From: Paracoccaceae bacterium
Lineage (GTDB): Bacteria; Pseudomonadota; Alphaproteobacteria; Rhodobacterales; Rhodobacteraceae
Direction of reading: 5' to 3'
Length of the DNA stretch: 64,000 nucleotides
Assembly: GCA_020425125.1 (NCBI GenBank)
Contig: JAGQRV010000003.1
Span: forward strand, 1,184-65,183
The translations under genes were made by a program, and so were the position numbers. Below are positions 49,200-58,754 of the stretch, piece by piece (position 1 is the stretch's first letter; every line of letters starts with the position of its first letter). The notes beneath the pieces are model-generated. The model was not told the origin of the DNA and did not search any database. It worked only from the letters and a program-made list of their open reading frames with translations.

Positions 49200-49799
49200 A
49201 TGATCGCAGACGGCTTCCATTCCGTGCCGGACGATCGGCTCGCCACCGTCGTTACCCATCTGGAGGCCAGAGGACCGGCCAAGCTCGGCCCTCCGGTCTT
49301 TCCCGAAGGCGTGACGCCCGTCCGGGTCGCGGCGCCCGCGACCGACTGGTACCGGGCGCTTTTCCGGCGCGTGGGGGAGGACTGGCTCTGGGCATCGCGC
49401 CTTGCCATTGCCGAAGCCGACCTGGCGGCGGTCCTTGCAACGCCCGAGGTGGAGATTTGGACGCTGCGCGGGTCGGGCGTGGATCTGGCCCTGCTCGAGC
49501 TTGATTTCCGCACATCCGGCATTGGCGAGATCGCCTTCTTCGGCCTTGCCGCGGAGCTGATGGGCCGGGGGATCGGGCGCCCGCTGATGGCACTTGCCCA
49601 AGGCCGCGCCTGGTCCCGGCAGATCGAGGTTCTCCGGCTGCACACCTGTACCCACGACCACCCGGGCGCACTGCGTTTCTACGGTGCCTGCGGATTCGTT
49701 CCTGTTCGCCGCGAGGTCGAGGTGATGGAGGATCCGCGGCTTACCGGACTGCTGCGCGCGGACGCCGCACCGCATGTGCCGATGATCCCTGCTCGCTGA
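49200..49799 (+). CDS. GNAT-family N-acetyltransferase
   Basis: ORF 49170..49799. The start is uncertain (TTG 49170 or ATG 49200). The ELMGRGIGRPLM acetyl-CoA loop and RFYGACGF are present. Confidence 0.75.
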   Translation: MIADGFHSVPDDRLATVVTHLEARGPAKLGPPVFPEGVTPVRVAAPATDWYRALFRRVGEDWLWASRLAIAEADLAAVLATPEVEIWTLRGSGVDLALLELDFRTSGIGEIAFFGLAAELMGRGIGRPLMALAQGRAWSRQIEVLRLHTCTHDHPGALRFYGACGFVPVRREVEVMEDPRLTGLLRADAAPHVPMIPAR

Positions 49800-49856
49800 T
49801 GGACGCTGACCAGCGTGAGCGCTAAAGGAAGCGCGACCCAGAGACGAGGTATTCCG

Positions 49857-51194
49857 ATGTCCGCCCATGGCCCCGCCACCCCGATGACCGCCCGTGCCGG
49901 CGGCCCGCTTGCGGGAACGGCCGTAATCCCCGGCGACAAGTCGATCTCGCACCGGTCGCTGATCCTGGGAGCGCTTGCTGTCGGCGAGACGCGGGTCACC
50001 GGGCTTCTCGAAGGCCAGGACGTGCTCGACACCGCCAAGGCGATGCGCGCCTTCGGCGCCGAGGTCACCCGGACGGGAGAGGGCGCCTGGTCGGTGCATG
50101 GCGTCGGCGTCGGCGGCTTCGCCGAGCCCGGCGACGTAATCGATTGCGGCAATTCCGGGACCGGCGTGCGGCTGATCATGGGCGCCATGGCGACGACGCC
50201 GATCACCGCGACGTTCACTGGCGACGCCTCTCTCAGGAAGCGGCCGATGGGGCGCATCACCGACCCGATCGCGCTGTTCGGCGCTCAATCCTACGGCCGG
50301 TCCGGCGGGCGGCTGCCAATGACGATTGTCGGCGCTACCACGCCCGTGCCCGTGCGTTACCGCACGCCGATGCCGTCGGCTCAGGTCAAGTCCGCGGTTT
50401 TGCTGGCGGGTCTCAACGCGCCCGGCCAGACTGTGGTGATCGAGGCGGAGACGACGCGCGACCATTCCGAACGGATGCTTGCGGGCTTCGGCGCCGAGAT
50501 CGTGACCGAGGAGACGCCCGAAGGCCGGGTCATCACGCTGGCGGGGCAGCCGGAGCTTCGTCCCCAGACGATCGCGGTTCCGTCGGACCCGTCTTCGGCG
50601 GCCTTTCCTGTCTCGGCGGCGCTGATCGTCCCGGGCTCCGACGTGCTGGTGCCCAATATCGGCCTGAACCCGACCCGCGCCGGGCTCTTCGCCACGCTCA
50701 GGGACATGGGCGCGGACCTCGAATTCGAGAACGAGCGTCTGGAAGGCGGGGAACCGGTGGCCGACCTGCGCGCCCGGTTCTCGGACCTCAGGGGGATCGA
50801 GGTGCCGGCCGAGCGCGCCCCGTCGATGATCGACGAATACCCGATCCTGTCGGTCGTGGCAGCGAACGCGACCGGCACGACGATCATGCGGGGCGTCAAG
50901 GAACTGCGGGTGAAGGAAAGCGACCGGATCGACGCGATGGCGCGCGGACTCGAAGCCTGCGGCATTACGGTCGAGGAGGACGAGGATACGCTCATTGTTC
51001 ACGGACGAGGGCCCGGCGGGGTGACGGGCGGCGCGACCTGCGCCACACATCTCGACCACCGCATCGCCATGTCGTTCCTCTGCCTGGGACTTGCGAGCCG
51101 TAATCCCGTCACGGTCGACGACGCAGGGCCCATCGCGACATCGTTCCCGATCTTCGCCGATCTGATGCGCGGGCTTGGCGCCGACCTGCAATAG
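49857..51194 (+). CDS. aroA: 3-phosphoshikimate 1-carboxyvinyltransferase
   Basis: ORF 49815..51194 trimmed to [10 protein letters not shown] at 49857. [26 protein letters not shown] and LRVKESDRI are EPSP synthase motifs. Confidence 0.95.
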   Translation: MSAHGPATPMTARAGGPLAGTAVIPGDKSISHRSLILGALAVGETRVTGLLEGQDVLDTAKAMRAFGAEVTRTGEGAWSVHGVGVGGFAEPGDVIDCGNSGTGVRLIMGAMATTPITATFTGDASLRKRPMGRITDPIALFGAQSYGRSGGRLPMTIVGATTPVPVRYRTPMPSAQVKSAVLLAGLNAPGQTVVIEAETTRDHSERMLAGFGAEIVTEETPEGRVITLAGQPELRPQTIAVPSDPSSAAFPVSAALIVPGSDVLVPNIGLNPTRAGLFATLRDMGADLEFENERLEGGEPVADLRARFSDLRGIEVPAERAPSMIDEYPILSVVAANATGTTIMRGVKELRVKESDRIDAMARGLEACGITVEEDEDTLIVHGRGPGGVTGGATCATHLDHRIAMSFLCLGLASRNPVTVDDAGPIATSFPIFADLMRGLGADLQ

Positions 51195-51327
51195 CCGTGC
51201 CGGAGCGCCCCCGGACCCGCGCGCCGCACAAATGATAGCGGTAGCGCGCCTGATTCTGCGGCATCCATCGCACTGCGCGGCCAGGGAACCGACCCTGCCG
51301 CCACGGCTTTGACCTGTATGGACGCCT

Positions 51328-51343
51328 GTGCTTGACTAAGCAC
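51328..51343. promoter_or_regulatory. Perfect palindrome GTGCTT-GACT-AAGCAC upstream of glpD
   Basis: 16-bp inverted repeat (6-bp arms, 4-nt spacer) ending 20 nt before the TTG start at 51363. It sits just upstream of the SD AAGGAGGA (51351-51358). Confidence 0.45.
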
Positions 51344-51362
51344 GAAGCCGAAGGAGGACGCC

Positions 51363-52964
51363 TTGTCGGGGCTGGAGCAGCAGAAACCGGTCGCGGATCT
51401 GATCGTGATCGGAGGAGGTATCAATGGCTGCGGTATCGCCCGCGACGCAGCGGGTCGTGGCTACGCGGTGACGCTCGCCGAGATGAACGATCTCGCCTCG
51501 GCGACGTCGTCGGCATCGACCAAGCTGTTCCACGGCGGGCTTCGATATCTGGAATATTTCGAGTTCCGCCTGGTGCGCGAAGCGCTGATCGAACGCGAGG
51601 TCCTGCTCAGGGCAATGCCGCACATCGCCTGGCCGATGCGTTTCGTGCTGCCATGGCACGAGAGCATGCGCTTCGAAAGCGAAACGCCGACCTCGAAGCT
51701 CATGTGCACCTTCATGCCATGGATGCGGGGCCGGCGGCCGTCCTGGCTGATCCGGCTGGGGTTATTCCTTTATGACAATCTCGGTGGGCGGAAAATCCTG
51801 CCCGGAACGGCGACACTCGACCTGCGGACCGATCCGGCAGGTGAGCCACTGAAGGACAAGTTCGCCAGGGCCTACGAGTATTCCGATTGCTGGGTGCAGG
51901 ACAGCCGGCTGGTCGCGCTGAATGCCCGCGATGCGGCGGATCGCGGCGCCGAGATCCTGACCCGGACCAAGGTCGTCTCGGCGCGGGTGGAGGACCGCCT
52001 GTGGCAGATCGTTCTTGAGGACCGCGAAACGGGCGTGCAGTCCACCCGCCAGGCCCGGATGCTGGTGAACGCGGCCGGGCCCTGGGTCGGCGACGTCCTG
52101 CATAACCGCGTTCATGTCGACACCCGGGAAAACGTCCGCCTCGTGCGCGGCAGCCACATCGTCACCCGCAAGCTCTTCGAGCACGACAAGTGCTATTTCT
52201 TCCAGGGGACGGATGGGCGGATTATCTTCGCCATTCCCTACGAGAGCGACTTCACCCTGATCGGGACCACGGACCAGGAAGCCCACGACCCGGACGCGAC
52301 GCCGGTCTGTTCGGAAGACGAGGCCGCCTATCTGCTGGATTTCGCCTCACAATATTTCCGCGAACCGGTGCAGGCGGAGGATATCGTCTGGACCTATTCC
52401 GGGGTGCGTCCGCTCTACGACGACGGTGCGAAATCGGCGACGGCGGCAACGCGAGAATACGTTCTGAAGCTGGAGCGAGGCGCGGGGGCGCCGCTGCTGA
52501 ACGTCTTCGGCGGAAAGATCACCACCTATCGCCGCCTTGCCGAACATGCGCTGGAGCGCATCGGCGACGCTCTGCCGCCCCGCGGCGCGCCCTGGACGGC
52601 CGGGGCCGCACTGCCCGGTGGCGATTTTCCGGTCGATGGCCAGGGGCGGCTGGCCACCGAGTTGAAGCTTGCCTGCCCGTTTCTCGACGATCGCCAATGC
52701 TGGCGGATGGTGCGCACCTATGGCACGGATGCCGTGCGCCTCGTCGATGGCGCGATGTCGCCGGATGCGCTGGGACAGGATTTCGGCGCCGGTCTGACCG
52801 AACGGGAGGTGCGCTGGCTGATGGAGGCCGAATTCGCCCGCACGGCGGAGGACGTGGTCTGGCGCCGCACCAAGCTCGGCCTGGTGATGACCGAAGCCGA
52901 GATCGACGCGCTCGACGCCTGGATGGCCGAGACGCGCGGGCACCGCAGCGCCGCCGCGGAATAG
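51363..52964 (+). CDS. glpD: FAD-dependent glycerol-3-phosphate dehydrogenase
   Basis: 533 aa with a TTG start after a strong SD. DLIVIGGGINGCGIARDAAGRG dinucleotide-binding motif. Adjacent to glpK. Confidence 0.92.
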   Translation: MSGLEQQKPVADLIVIGGGINGCGIARDAAGRGYAVTLAEMNDLASATSSASTKLFHGGLRYLEYFEFRLVREALIEREVLLRAMPHIAWPMRFVLPWHESMRFESETPTSKLMCTFMPWMRGRRPSWLIRLGLFLYDNLGGRKILPGTATLDLRTDPAGEPLKDKFARAYEYSDCWVQDSRLVALNARDAADRGAEILTRTKVVSARVEDRLWQIVLEDRETGVQSTRQARMLVNAAGPWVGDVLHNRVHVDTRENVRLVRGSHIVTRKLFEHDKCYFFQGTDGRIIFAIPYESDFTLIGTTDQEAHDPDATPVCSEDEAAYLLDFASQYFREPVQAEDIVWTYSGVRPLYDDGAKSATAATREYVLKLERGAGAPLLNVFGGKITTYRRLAEHALERIGDALPPRGAPWTAGAALPGGDFPVDGQGRLATELKLACPFLDDRQCWRMVRTYGTDAVRLVDGAMSPDALGQDFGAGLTEREVRWLMEAEFARTAEDVVWRRTKLGLVMTEAEIDALDAWMAETRGHRSAAAE

Positions 52965-53027
52965 ACGGGGCAAGGTGCCGGGACACCCGGGAATACAACA
53001 AGAATGCCGGAGGGAGGACACGCCAGC

Positions 53028-54512
53028 ATGACCCACGTACTGGCCATCGATCAGGGCACCACGTCGAGCCGCGCCATCCTGTTCGACGGTGCGATGAAGA
53101 TCGTTGCCACGGCTCAGGAGGAGTTCGCCCAGCATTTCCCGCGCTCGGGCTGGGTCGAACATCACCCGCGCGACCTGTGGTCAACGACGGTCGCGACCTG
53201 CCGTGAGGCGATCGCCCATGCCGGACTTGCGGCCGGCGACATTGCCGCGATCGGCATCACCAACCAGCGCGAGACGACGCTGGTCTGGGAAAAGGACACC
53301 GGCAAGCCCCTGCACAACGCCATTGTCTGGCAGGACCGGCGCACCGCCGAGCTTTGCCGCGAAATGCGCGAGGCTGGGCACGAGGCGACGATCATCGACA
53401 AGACCGGGCTGCTGCTTGATCCGTACTTCTCGGCGACGAAGCTCAAGTGGATCCTCGACCAGGCCGATCCGGACCGCAGCCGTGCGCGCCGAGGCGAGCT
53501 GCTGTTCGGCACCGTGGATACCTGGCTGATCTGGCACCTCACTGGCGGCGCCCGGCACGTCACCGATGCGACGAATGCCTGCCGCACGATGCTGTACGAC
53601 ATTCGCAAGGGCCGCTGGTCGACCACCATCTGCGATCTTTTCGACATCCCCGCCGCGATGCTGCCCGAGGTGCAGGACTGCGCGGGCGATTTCGGCACCA
53701 CGCGCGCCGATCTCTTCGGCAAGGAACTGCCGATCCGGGGCGTCGCGGGCGACCAGCAGGCCGCGACGGTCGGGCAGGCCTGCTTCCATCCCGGCATGCT
53801 GAAATCGACCTACGGAACCGGATGCTTCGCGCTTCTCAACACGGGCGATACGCCGGTGGTTTCGAAGAACCGCCTGCTGACGACGGTTGCCTACCAGATC
53901 GGCGGCAAGGCGACCTATGCGCTGGAAGGCTCGATCTTCATTGCCGGGGCCGTGGTACAGTGGCTCAGGGATGGGTTGAAAATCATCAAGACGGCTGCCG
54001 AGACCCAGGGCCTGGCCGAAACCGCCGATCCGGCGCAGGATGTCATTCTGGTGCCCGCCTTCACCGGGCTGGGCGCCCCCTACTGGAACGCCGAGTGCCG
54101 CGGTGCGATCTTCGGGCTCACGCGCAATTCCGGCCCGGCGGAACTGGCCAAGGCGGCGCTGGAAAGCGTCGGGTTCCAGACCCGCGACCTGCTGGAGGCC
54201 ATGGCCGCGGATCAGGCGGGGGAGGCCGGCAACGTGCTGCGCGTCGATGGCGGCATGGTGGCGTCGGACTGGGCGATGCAGTTTCTGTCTGACATCATCG
54301 GCGCCCCGGTGGACCGCCCCGAGATCACCGAGACGACGGCACTCGGTGCTGCCTGGCTGGCCGGAATGGCGGTGGGCGCCTATCCGGGGCAGGAGGAATT
54401 CGCCGCCTCCTGGGCGCTGGAGCGCCGGTTCGAACCGCGGCTGGACGCGGCCGAACGCGAGGCCCGCCATTCCCGCTGGAAGGCGGCGGTGAAGGCGGCG
54501 ATGGCGGTGTGA
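53028..54512 (+). CDS. glpK: Glycerol kinase
   Basis: ORF 53004..54512 trimmed to [20 protein letters not shown] at 53028 after [21 protein letters not shown] and GDQQAA motifs present. Confidence 0.95.
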   Translation: MTHVLAIDQGTTSSRAILFDGAMKIVATAQEEFAQHFPRSGWVEHHPRDLWSTTVATCREAIAHAGLAAGDIAAIGITNQRETTLVWEKDTGKPLHNAIVWQDRRTAELCREMREAGHEATIIDKTGLLLDPYFSATKLKWILDQADPDRSRARRGELLFGTVDTWLIWHLTGGARHVTDATNACRTMLYDIRKGRWSTTICDLFDIPAAMLPEVQDCAGDFGTTRADLFGKELPIRGVAGDQQAATVGQACFHPGMLKSTYGTGCFALLNTGDTPVVSKNRLLTTVAYQIGGKATYALEGSIFIAGAVVQWLRDGLKIIKTAAETQGLAETADPAQDVILVPAFTGLGAPYWNAECRGAIFGLTRNSGPAELAKAALESVGFQTRDLLEAMAADQAGEAGNVLRVDGGMVASDWAMQFLSDIIGAPVDRPEITETTALGAAWLAGMAVGAYPGQEEFAASWALERRFEPRLDAAEREARHSRWKAAVKAAMAV

Positions 54513-54527
54513 GCGTGCGCTGGCTGC

Positions 54528-56354
54528 TCATCCCGCACCGACTGCGATGAACGCGCGCCAGTCGCCGAGGCGGGTGATGTCCGTGGCGTGCGTACAGCCC
54601 GCCGCCTCGCACAGGAAGCCGACCGGCGTGCTGCCGTCGGACAGATGGACCCGCCCCAGCCCGAGAGGGGCGGGAATGTCGGCAAGGAAGCTGCCGAGTT
54701 CGGCCAGCGGGATGGCCCAGACCTCGACGGCAATTTCACCCCCGGTTCCGTCCGCAACCCGCAGGAGGCCGGGGCGCTCCGGCGGTCCGCCCGGAAGCGC
54801 GTAGAACCGATAATCGGCAGTCGTCGTGGTTCGGCGGAGGAAGCGTGCGCGGCGCGTGGTGAGCTGCGCGTTCAGCGGCAGTCCTGACAGATGCGCACCG
54901 CAAACCGCGATCTCGGCTTCGTGCGGCCCCGCGGACAGGAGCGGTGCGGGGGGCTCCGGACGCGGCCAGCCGGTGGCGCCCAGGCTGCGCTCGCCCCAGC
55001 TCTCGATCACCGTACCCAGATCGGCCAGCTTGCGGTCCTGCCCGGCCGCTGCCAAAAGGGTCACGCTTCCGGGACGGCCGTCCGTCCGCGCCGGGGTCGG
55101 GACGGCCAGGCCACAGAGATCCAGCAGATTGACGAAGTTGGTGTAGGTGCCAAGGAGCGAGTTCGGCCCCACAGGGTCAGCGGCCAGGTCGGCGCGGCTG
55201 CAGAAGGTGGGGAAGGTCGGCACGCAGAGGCAGTCGACACCGGCCAGAACCGGCGCGATCCCGTGGCGCAGATCGGTCAGGCGATAGAGCCCGCGGAAGA
55301 CATCGGTCGCACTGATGCCGAGCGCCTTTGCGACGATGCCGCGCACCGTCGGGTCGATCGCTTCGGGATCGCGCGCCAGGAGGTCGGCGATGACCGTGTG
55401 ACGTTCGGCCACCCATGGTCCGTCATAGAGCAGCGCGGCGACCTCGAAGAACGGCGCGAAGTCGATCTCGACGATGGTCAGTCCGCAATCCGCCAGATGC
55501 TGACAGGTACTGGCGAACATGGCGGCCTGCGCGGTGTCACCTGCGAAGCGGATGCTTGCGGCGTCCGGCACGCCGATCCTGAGATCGGAGGGCACCGTCG
55601 ATGGCGGCGCCAGAACCGCCGGCCGGCCGCGCGGGTCGCCTGGATCGGGGCGTGCCAGCACCTTGAAGGCGTCCCAGGCATCGGCGACGGTGAGGGCGAA
55701 GACCGAGACCGTGTCGAGCGTCGCGCAGGCAGGCACGACGCCCCGCGACGACAGCGCGCCGAGGCTCGGCTTCAGCCCCACGATGTTGTTGAGGCCCGCG
55801 GGAACCCGGCCCGACCCGGCGGTGTCGGTGCCGAGGGCCAGCGCGACGCAACCGCGGGCCACGGCGACGGCAGACCCGGAGGAGGAGCCCCCCGGCACGA
55901 TTTCGGGATCGAGCGCGTTGATCGGGACCGGATAGGGGGTGCGGACGCCGACAAGTCCGGTGGCGAACTGGTCGAGATTGGTCTTTCCGACAATCAGTGC
56001 GCCGGCGGCCCGCAGCCGGGCAACGGTGACGGCATCGGCATCGGGCGTGTAGGCATAGGCTGGGCAGGCCGCGGTGGTCGGGAAGCCCTGGGCGTCGATA
56101 TTGTCCTTGACCGCCACAGGCACGCCCCAGAGCGGGCGGTCCGTATCGAAGGTGCCGAGCGCGCGGGCCGCGGCAGCCAAGGCATCGGGGGCAGCGAGGC
56201 TGATGAACATGCCCGGATCGTCCGCGGCCGCGATGCGCCGGAGCGCTTCGGCCGCGACCGCTTCGGCGCCGAGGCCTCCGGCATAGGCTGCGCGCAGGGC
56301 CGGCAAGGTGAAGGGCAGACGGGTAAGATCCCCGTCGAATTGTTCGTCACGCAC
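54528..56354 (-). CDS. Allophanate hydrolase-like amidase (AtzF type)
   Basis: 608 aa. Amidase signature (VAVKDNID, GGSSSGSAVAVA) plus a C-terminal extension of about 130 aa, typical of allophanate hydrolases. Confidence 0.8.
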   Translation of the reverse strand: MRDEQFDGDLTRLPFTLPALRAAYAGGLGAEAVAAEALRRIAAADDPGMFISLAAPDALAAAARALGTFDTDRPLWGVPVAVKDNIDAQGFPTTAACPAYAYTPDADAVTVARLRAAGALIVGKTNLDQFATGLVGVRTPYPVPINALDPEIVPGGSSSGSAVAVARGCVALALGTDTAGSGRVPAGLNNIVGLKPSLGALSSRGVVPACATLDTVSVFALTVADAWDAFKVLARPDPGDPRGRPAVLAPPSTVPSDLRIGVPDAASIRFAGDTAQAAMFASTCQHLADCGLTIVEIDFAPFFEVAALLYDGPWVAERHTVIADLLARDPEAIDPTVRGIVAKALGISATDVFRGLYRLTDLRHGIAPVLAGVDCLCVPTFPTFCSRADLAADPVGPNSLLGTYTNFVNLLDLCGLAVPTPARTDGRPGSVTLLAAAGQDRKLADLGTVIESWGERSLGATGWPRPEPPAPLLSAGPHEAEIAVCGAHLSGLPLNAQLTTRRARFLRRTTTTADYRFYALPGGPPERPGLLRVADGTGGEIAVEVWAIPLAELGSFLADIPAPLGLGRVHLSDGSTPVGFLCEAAGCTHATDITRLGDWRAFIAVGAG

Positions 56355-56479
56355 GCTGCCCGCCCTCTTTCAACCGATCCGTTCCCGATTGCGCGCGAGC
56401 TTGCGTCAGGGACGTGCTGCGTTCTAATGCTTTTTTCGTACCAGTGCGCTGCGCGGAATGCAGCACGGTGAGGCACCCG

Positions 56480-57385
56480 ATGCGACATCTGCTGACGCTC
56501 GAACTGATCGAACAGGTGGCGAAGGCCGGGTCGATCCGGCAGGCGGCCGAAAACATGAACATCACCTCATCGGCGCTGAACCGGCGTATCCAGGCCTTCG
56601 AGGAAGAGCTGGGTACGCCGATCTTCGAACGCCTGCCGCGCGGGGTGCGCCTGAATCCGGCCGGAGAGCTGCTGGTGCAGCATATCCGCGCGCAGCGGGC
56701 CGACCTGGCGCGCGTGCGAAGCCAGATCGCCGACCTTTCGGGCGTCCGGCGGGGACATGTCAGCATCGTCTGCAGTCAGGCGCTGACGCCGTTCTTCCTG
56801 CCCGCTCAGATCGCCGCCTACCGTGCGCGTCACCCCGGTGTCGATTTCACCGTCCGCGTGCGGGACCGCGCAGCGGCCGAGCGTGAATTGTCGAACTTTT
56901 CGGCCGATCTCGCGCTGGTGTTCGAGCCGGTCTACATGGCGGATTTCGAGATCCTGCATTCGGTGCGTCAGCCGGTCTATGCGGTCATGTCTGCCGAGCA
57001 TCCGTTGGCCGCGAAGCCGGATCTGCGTCTTCGGGACTGCCTGGACTGGCCGCATGTCCTGCCGGCGCCACAATACGGCGTCCGCTACCTGCTGGACAAC
57101 GCGCTCCGCAACGCGTCGCGGCCGCTCGACCCGGTCGTGGAATGCGACAGCTTCGAATTCATGCGCCACTACGTGCTGTATGAAGCCGCCATCAGCTTCC
57201 AGATCTCGATCGGCCTGATCGGTGCCCACGCGCGCGGACTCGCCTTCCGCCCGCTGCCCGAAAGGGACGTCCCGGCGGGACATCTGATGCTGGGACAGTT
57301 GCGCAACCGCACGCTGCCGGTCGCCTCCGCCAAGTTCGCCCAGCTTCTGGTCGAGGAACTCGACAAGCTTGCCCCAAACGCTTGA
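56480..57385 (+). CDS. LysR-family transcriptional regulator
   Basis: ORF 56414..57385 trimmed to MRHLLTLELIEQVAKAGSIRQAAENMNITSSALNRRIQAFEEELG. Divergent from the amidase gene. Confidence 0.85.
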   Translation: MRHLLTLELIEQVAKAGSIRQAAENMNITSSALNRRIQAFEEELGTPIFERLPRGVRLNPAGELLVQHIRAQRADLARVRSQIADLSGVRRGHVSIVCSQALTPFFLPAQIAAYRARHPGVDFTVRVRDRAAAERELSNFSADLALVFEPVYMADFEILHSVRQPVYAVMSAEHPLAAKPDLRLRDCLDWPHVLPAPQYGVRYLLDNALRNASRPLDPVVECDSFEFMRHYVLYEAAISFQISIGLIGAHARGLAFRPLPERDVPAGHLMLGQLRNRTLPVASAKFAQLLVEELDKLAPNA

Positions 57386-57391
57386 ACCGGG

Positions 57392-57673
57392 TCAGACGGG
57401 CTCCGCGCCCCGGGCCGCTTCGGGGTGATTGGCCATATATTGGCGAAGCGTGACGAAGAGCGCGCGCGCATGCGCAAGGTCGCCGCAGTGAAGTGCCGCG
57501 CGCACATCCTCGCAGATCAGTTTCTGCACCACCTGCGGTCCGTGATGCTGTCTCATCAGGTAGTCGCCCAGGATCGCGGCGTCGAATTCGCTGGAATGCT
57601 CGTGCTCAGCCAGTGCGGCGATCTCTTCGCGGGTCAGGCAGGTCATGTCTTCGATGTCATCGAGAGAAATCAT
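57392..57673 (-). CDS. Hypothetical 93-aa His/Cys-containing protein
   Basis: GGGAGGAG SD upstream of the ATG at 57673. MISLDDIEDMTCLTREEIAALAEHEHSSEF...QHHGP...ALHCGD. No family recognised. Same strand as the HupE-like gene, 82 nt downstream of it. Confidence 0.6.
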   Translation of the reverse strand: MISLDDIEDMTCLTREEIAALAEHEHSSEFDAAILGDYLMRQHHGPQVVQKLICEDVRAALHCGDLAHARALFVTLRQYMANHPEAARGAEPV

Positions 57674-57755
57674 TGCGGGTCTCCTCCCGCCGGGATCCTA
57701 CCACATCGGACCGCTTTCCGCCCCGGCGCCGTGATGTGGCGGCGGCGCGCCGCGC

Positions 57756-58754
57756 TCAAAACGCTGCGACACGTTCGACGAACCAGAAGGCAGCAACGGC
57801 CCCGATCCCGTAGGCCAGCGCCGGACGGCCCGCCGACCAAGAGGCGGTCGGCGCGAGTGCGCGCAGCACCGACCAGAAAAGCAGCAGGACCGCGACGAAC
57901 GACAGCTGGCCGATCTCGACACCCGCGTTGAAGGCGAAGAGGGCGAGGACGAGGTCATGCTCGGGCAGGCCTACCTGCTTCAGGGCCGAGCCGAAGCCGA
58001 GCCCGTGAATGAGCCCGAAGCTGAAGGCGACGATCCAGGGCGCCCGTTCCGACAGGCGCGGCTGGCCGTCCCTGTGTTGGGCTACCTCCGCGGCCACGAA
58101 CATGATCGAGAGCGCGATGACCGCCTCCACGGGTGGTCCTGGCACCGCGAGCCAGCCGAGCGCCGCTGCGCCGAGCGTCAGGCTGTGGGCCAGGGTGAAG
58201 GCGGTGATGGCGCCCGCAAGCCGCCAGCCCGACCGGATCAGCAGAAGCAGCGCGAAGACGAACAGCAGATGGTCGAATCCGAAGAGGATGTGGTGGATGC
58301 CGAGGAGCGTGTAGCTCTGGAAGATGCCGAAGGCGCCCTGCTCTGCCGGAATGACGAAACTGGGCGTGGCGGGGACAAGCCGCCGGGTGCCGCCCTGTCC
58401 GTCACCGGCATCGAAGCGTACCAGCACATCGGTCGCTTGTGCGTCGAGGCCCTCGATCGACACGGTGACGCCGGCAAGTCCGCCGGGACATCGGGCAATC
58501 CATTCCGTCTGCCAGCCGCGCCCGTTCGGGATCGGCGCCGGTCCCATTTCGGGCGAGCAGGGAGGGGACAGGCGTGCGTCGATCGCCATGGGACGCCCGC
58601 CCACGTCGGGACGATGCCAGACAATGCGCCAGGTGTCGTCGTGCAGCGGGGACAGCTCAAGATAGCCCGGCTCGAGCGCATGAGAGGATGCGGGCAGCGC
58701 CCATGCCGCGAGCAGCAGTGCCAGCCCGAAAAATCGCAAGACGAGCCGGATCAT
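57756..58754 (-). CDS. HupE/UreJ-family membrane protein (long form with N-terminal periplasmic domain)
   Basis: 332 aa. A signal peptide and a soluble region of about 150 aa are followed by GIHHILFGFDHLLFVFALLLL and further TM helices typical of HupE/UreJ. Confidence 0.8.
   Translation of the reverse strand: MIRLVLRFFGLALLLAAWALPASSHALEPGYLELSPLHDDTWRIVWHRPDVGGRPMAIDARLSPPCSPEMGPAPIPNGRGWQTEWIARCPGGLAGVTVSIEGLDAQATDVLVRFDAGDGQGGTRRLVPATPSFVIPAEQGAFGIFQSYTLLGIHHILFGFDHLLFVFALLLLIRSGWRLAGAITAFTLAHSLTLGAAALGWLAVPGPPVEAVIALSIMFVAAEVAQHRDGQPRLSERAPWIVAFSFGLIHGLGFGSALKQVGLPEHDLVLALFAFNAGVEIGQLSFVAVLLLFWSVLRALAPTASWSAGRPALAYGIGAVAAFWFVERVAAF

Noticed and set aside
49155-51191. 678-aa minus-strand ORF
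   Set aside because: It is antisense to the GNAT and aroA genes. It is Arg/Gly-rich, whereas aroA motifs are unambiguous on the plus strand.
54891-56471. 526-aa plus-strand ORF
   Set aside because: It is antisense to the amidase-signature gene. Artefactual composition.
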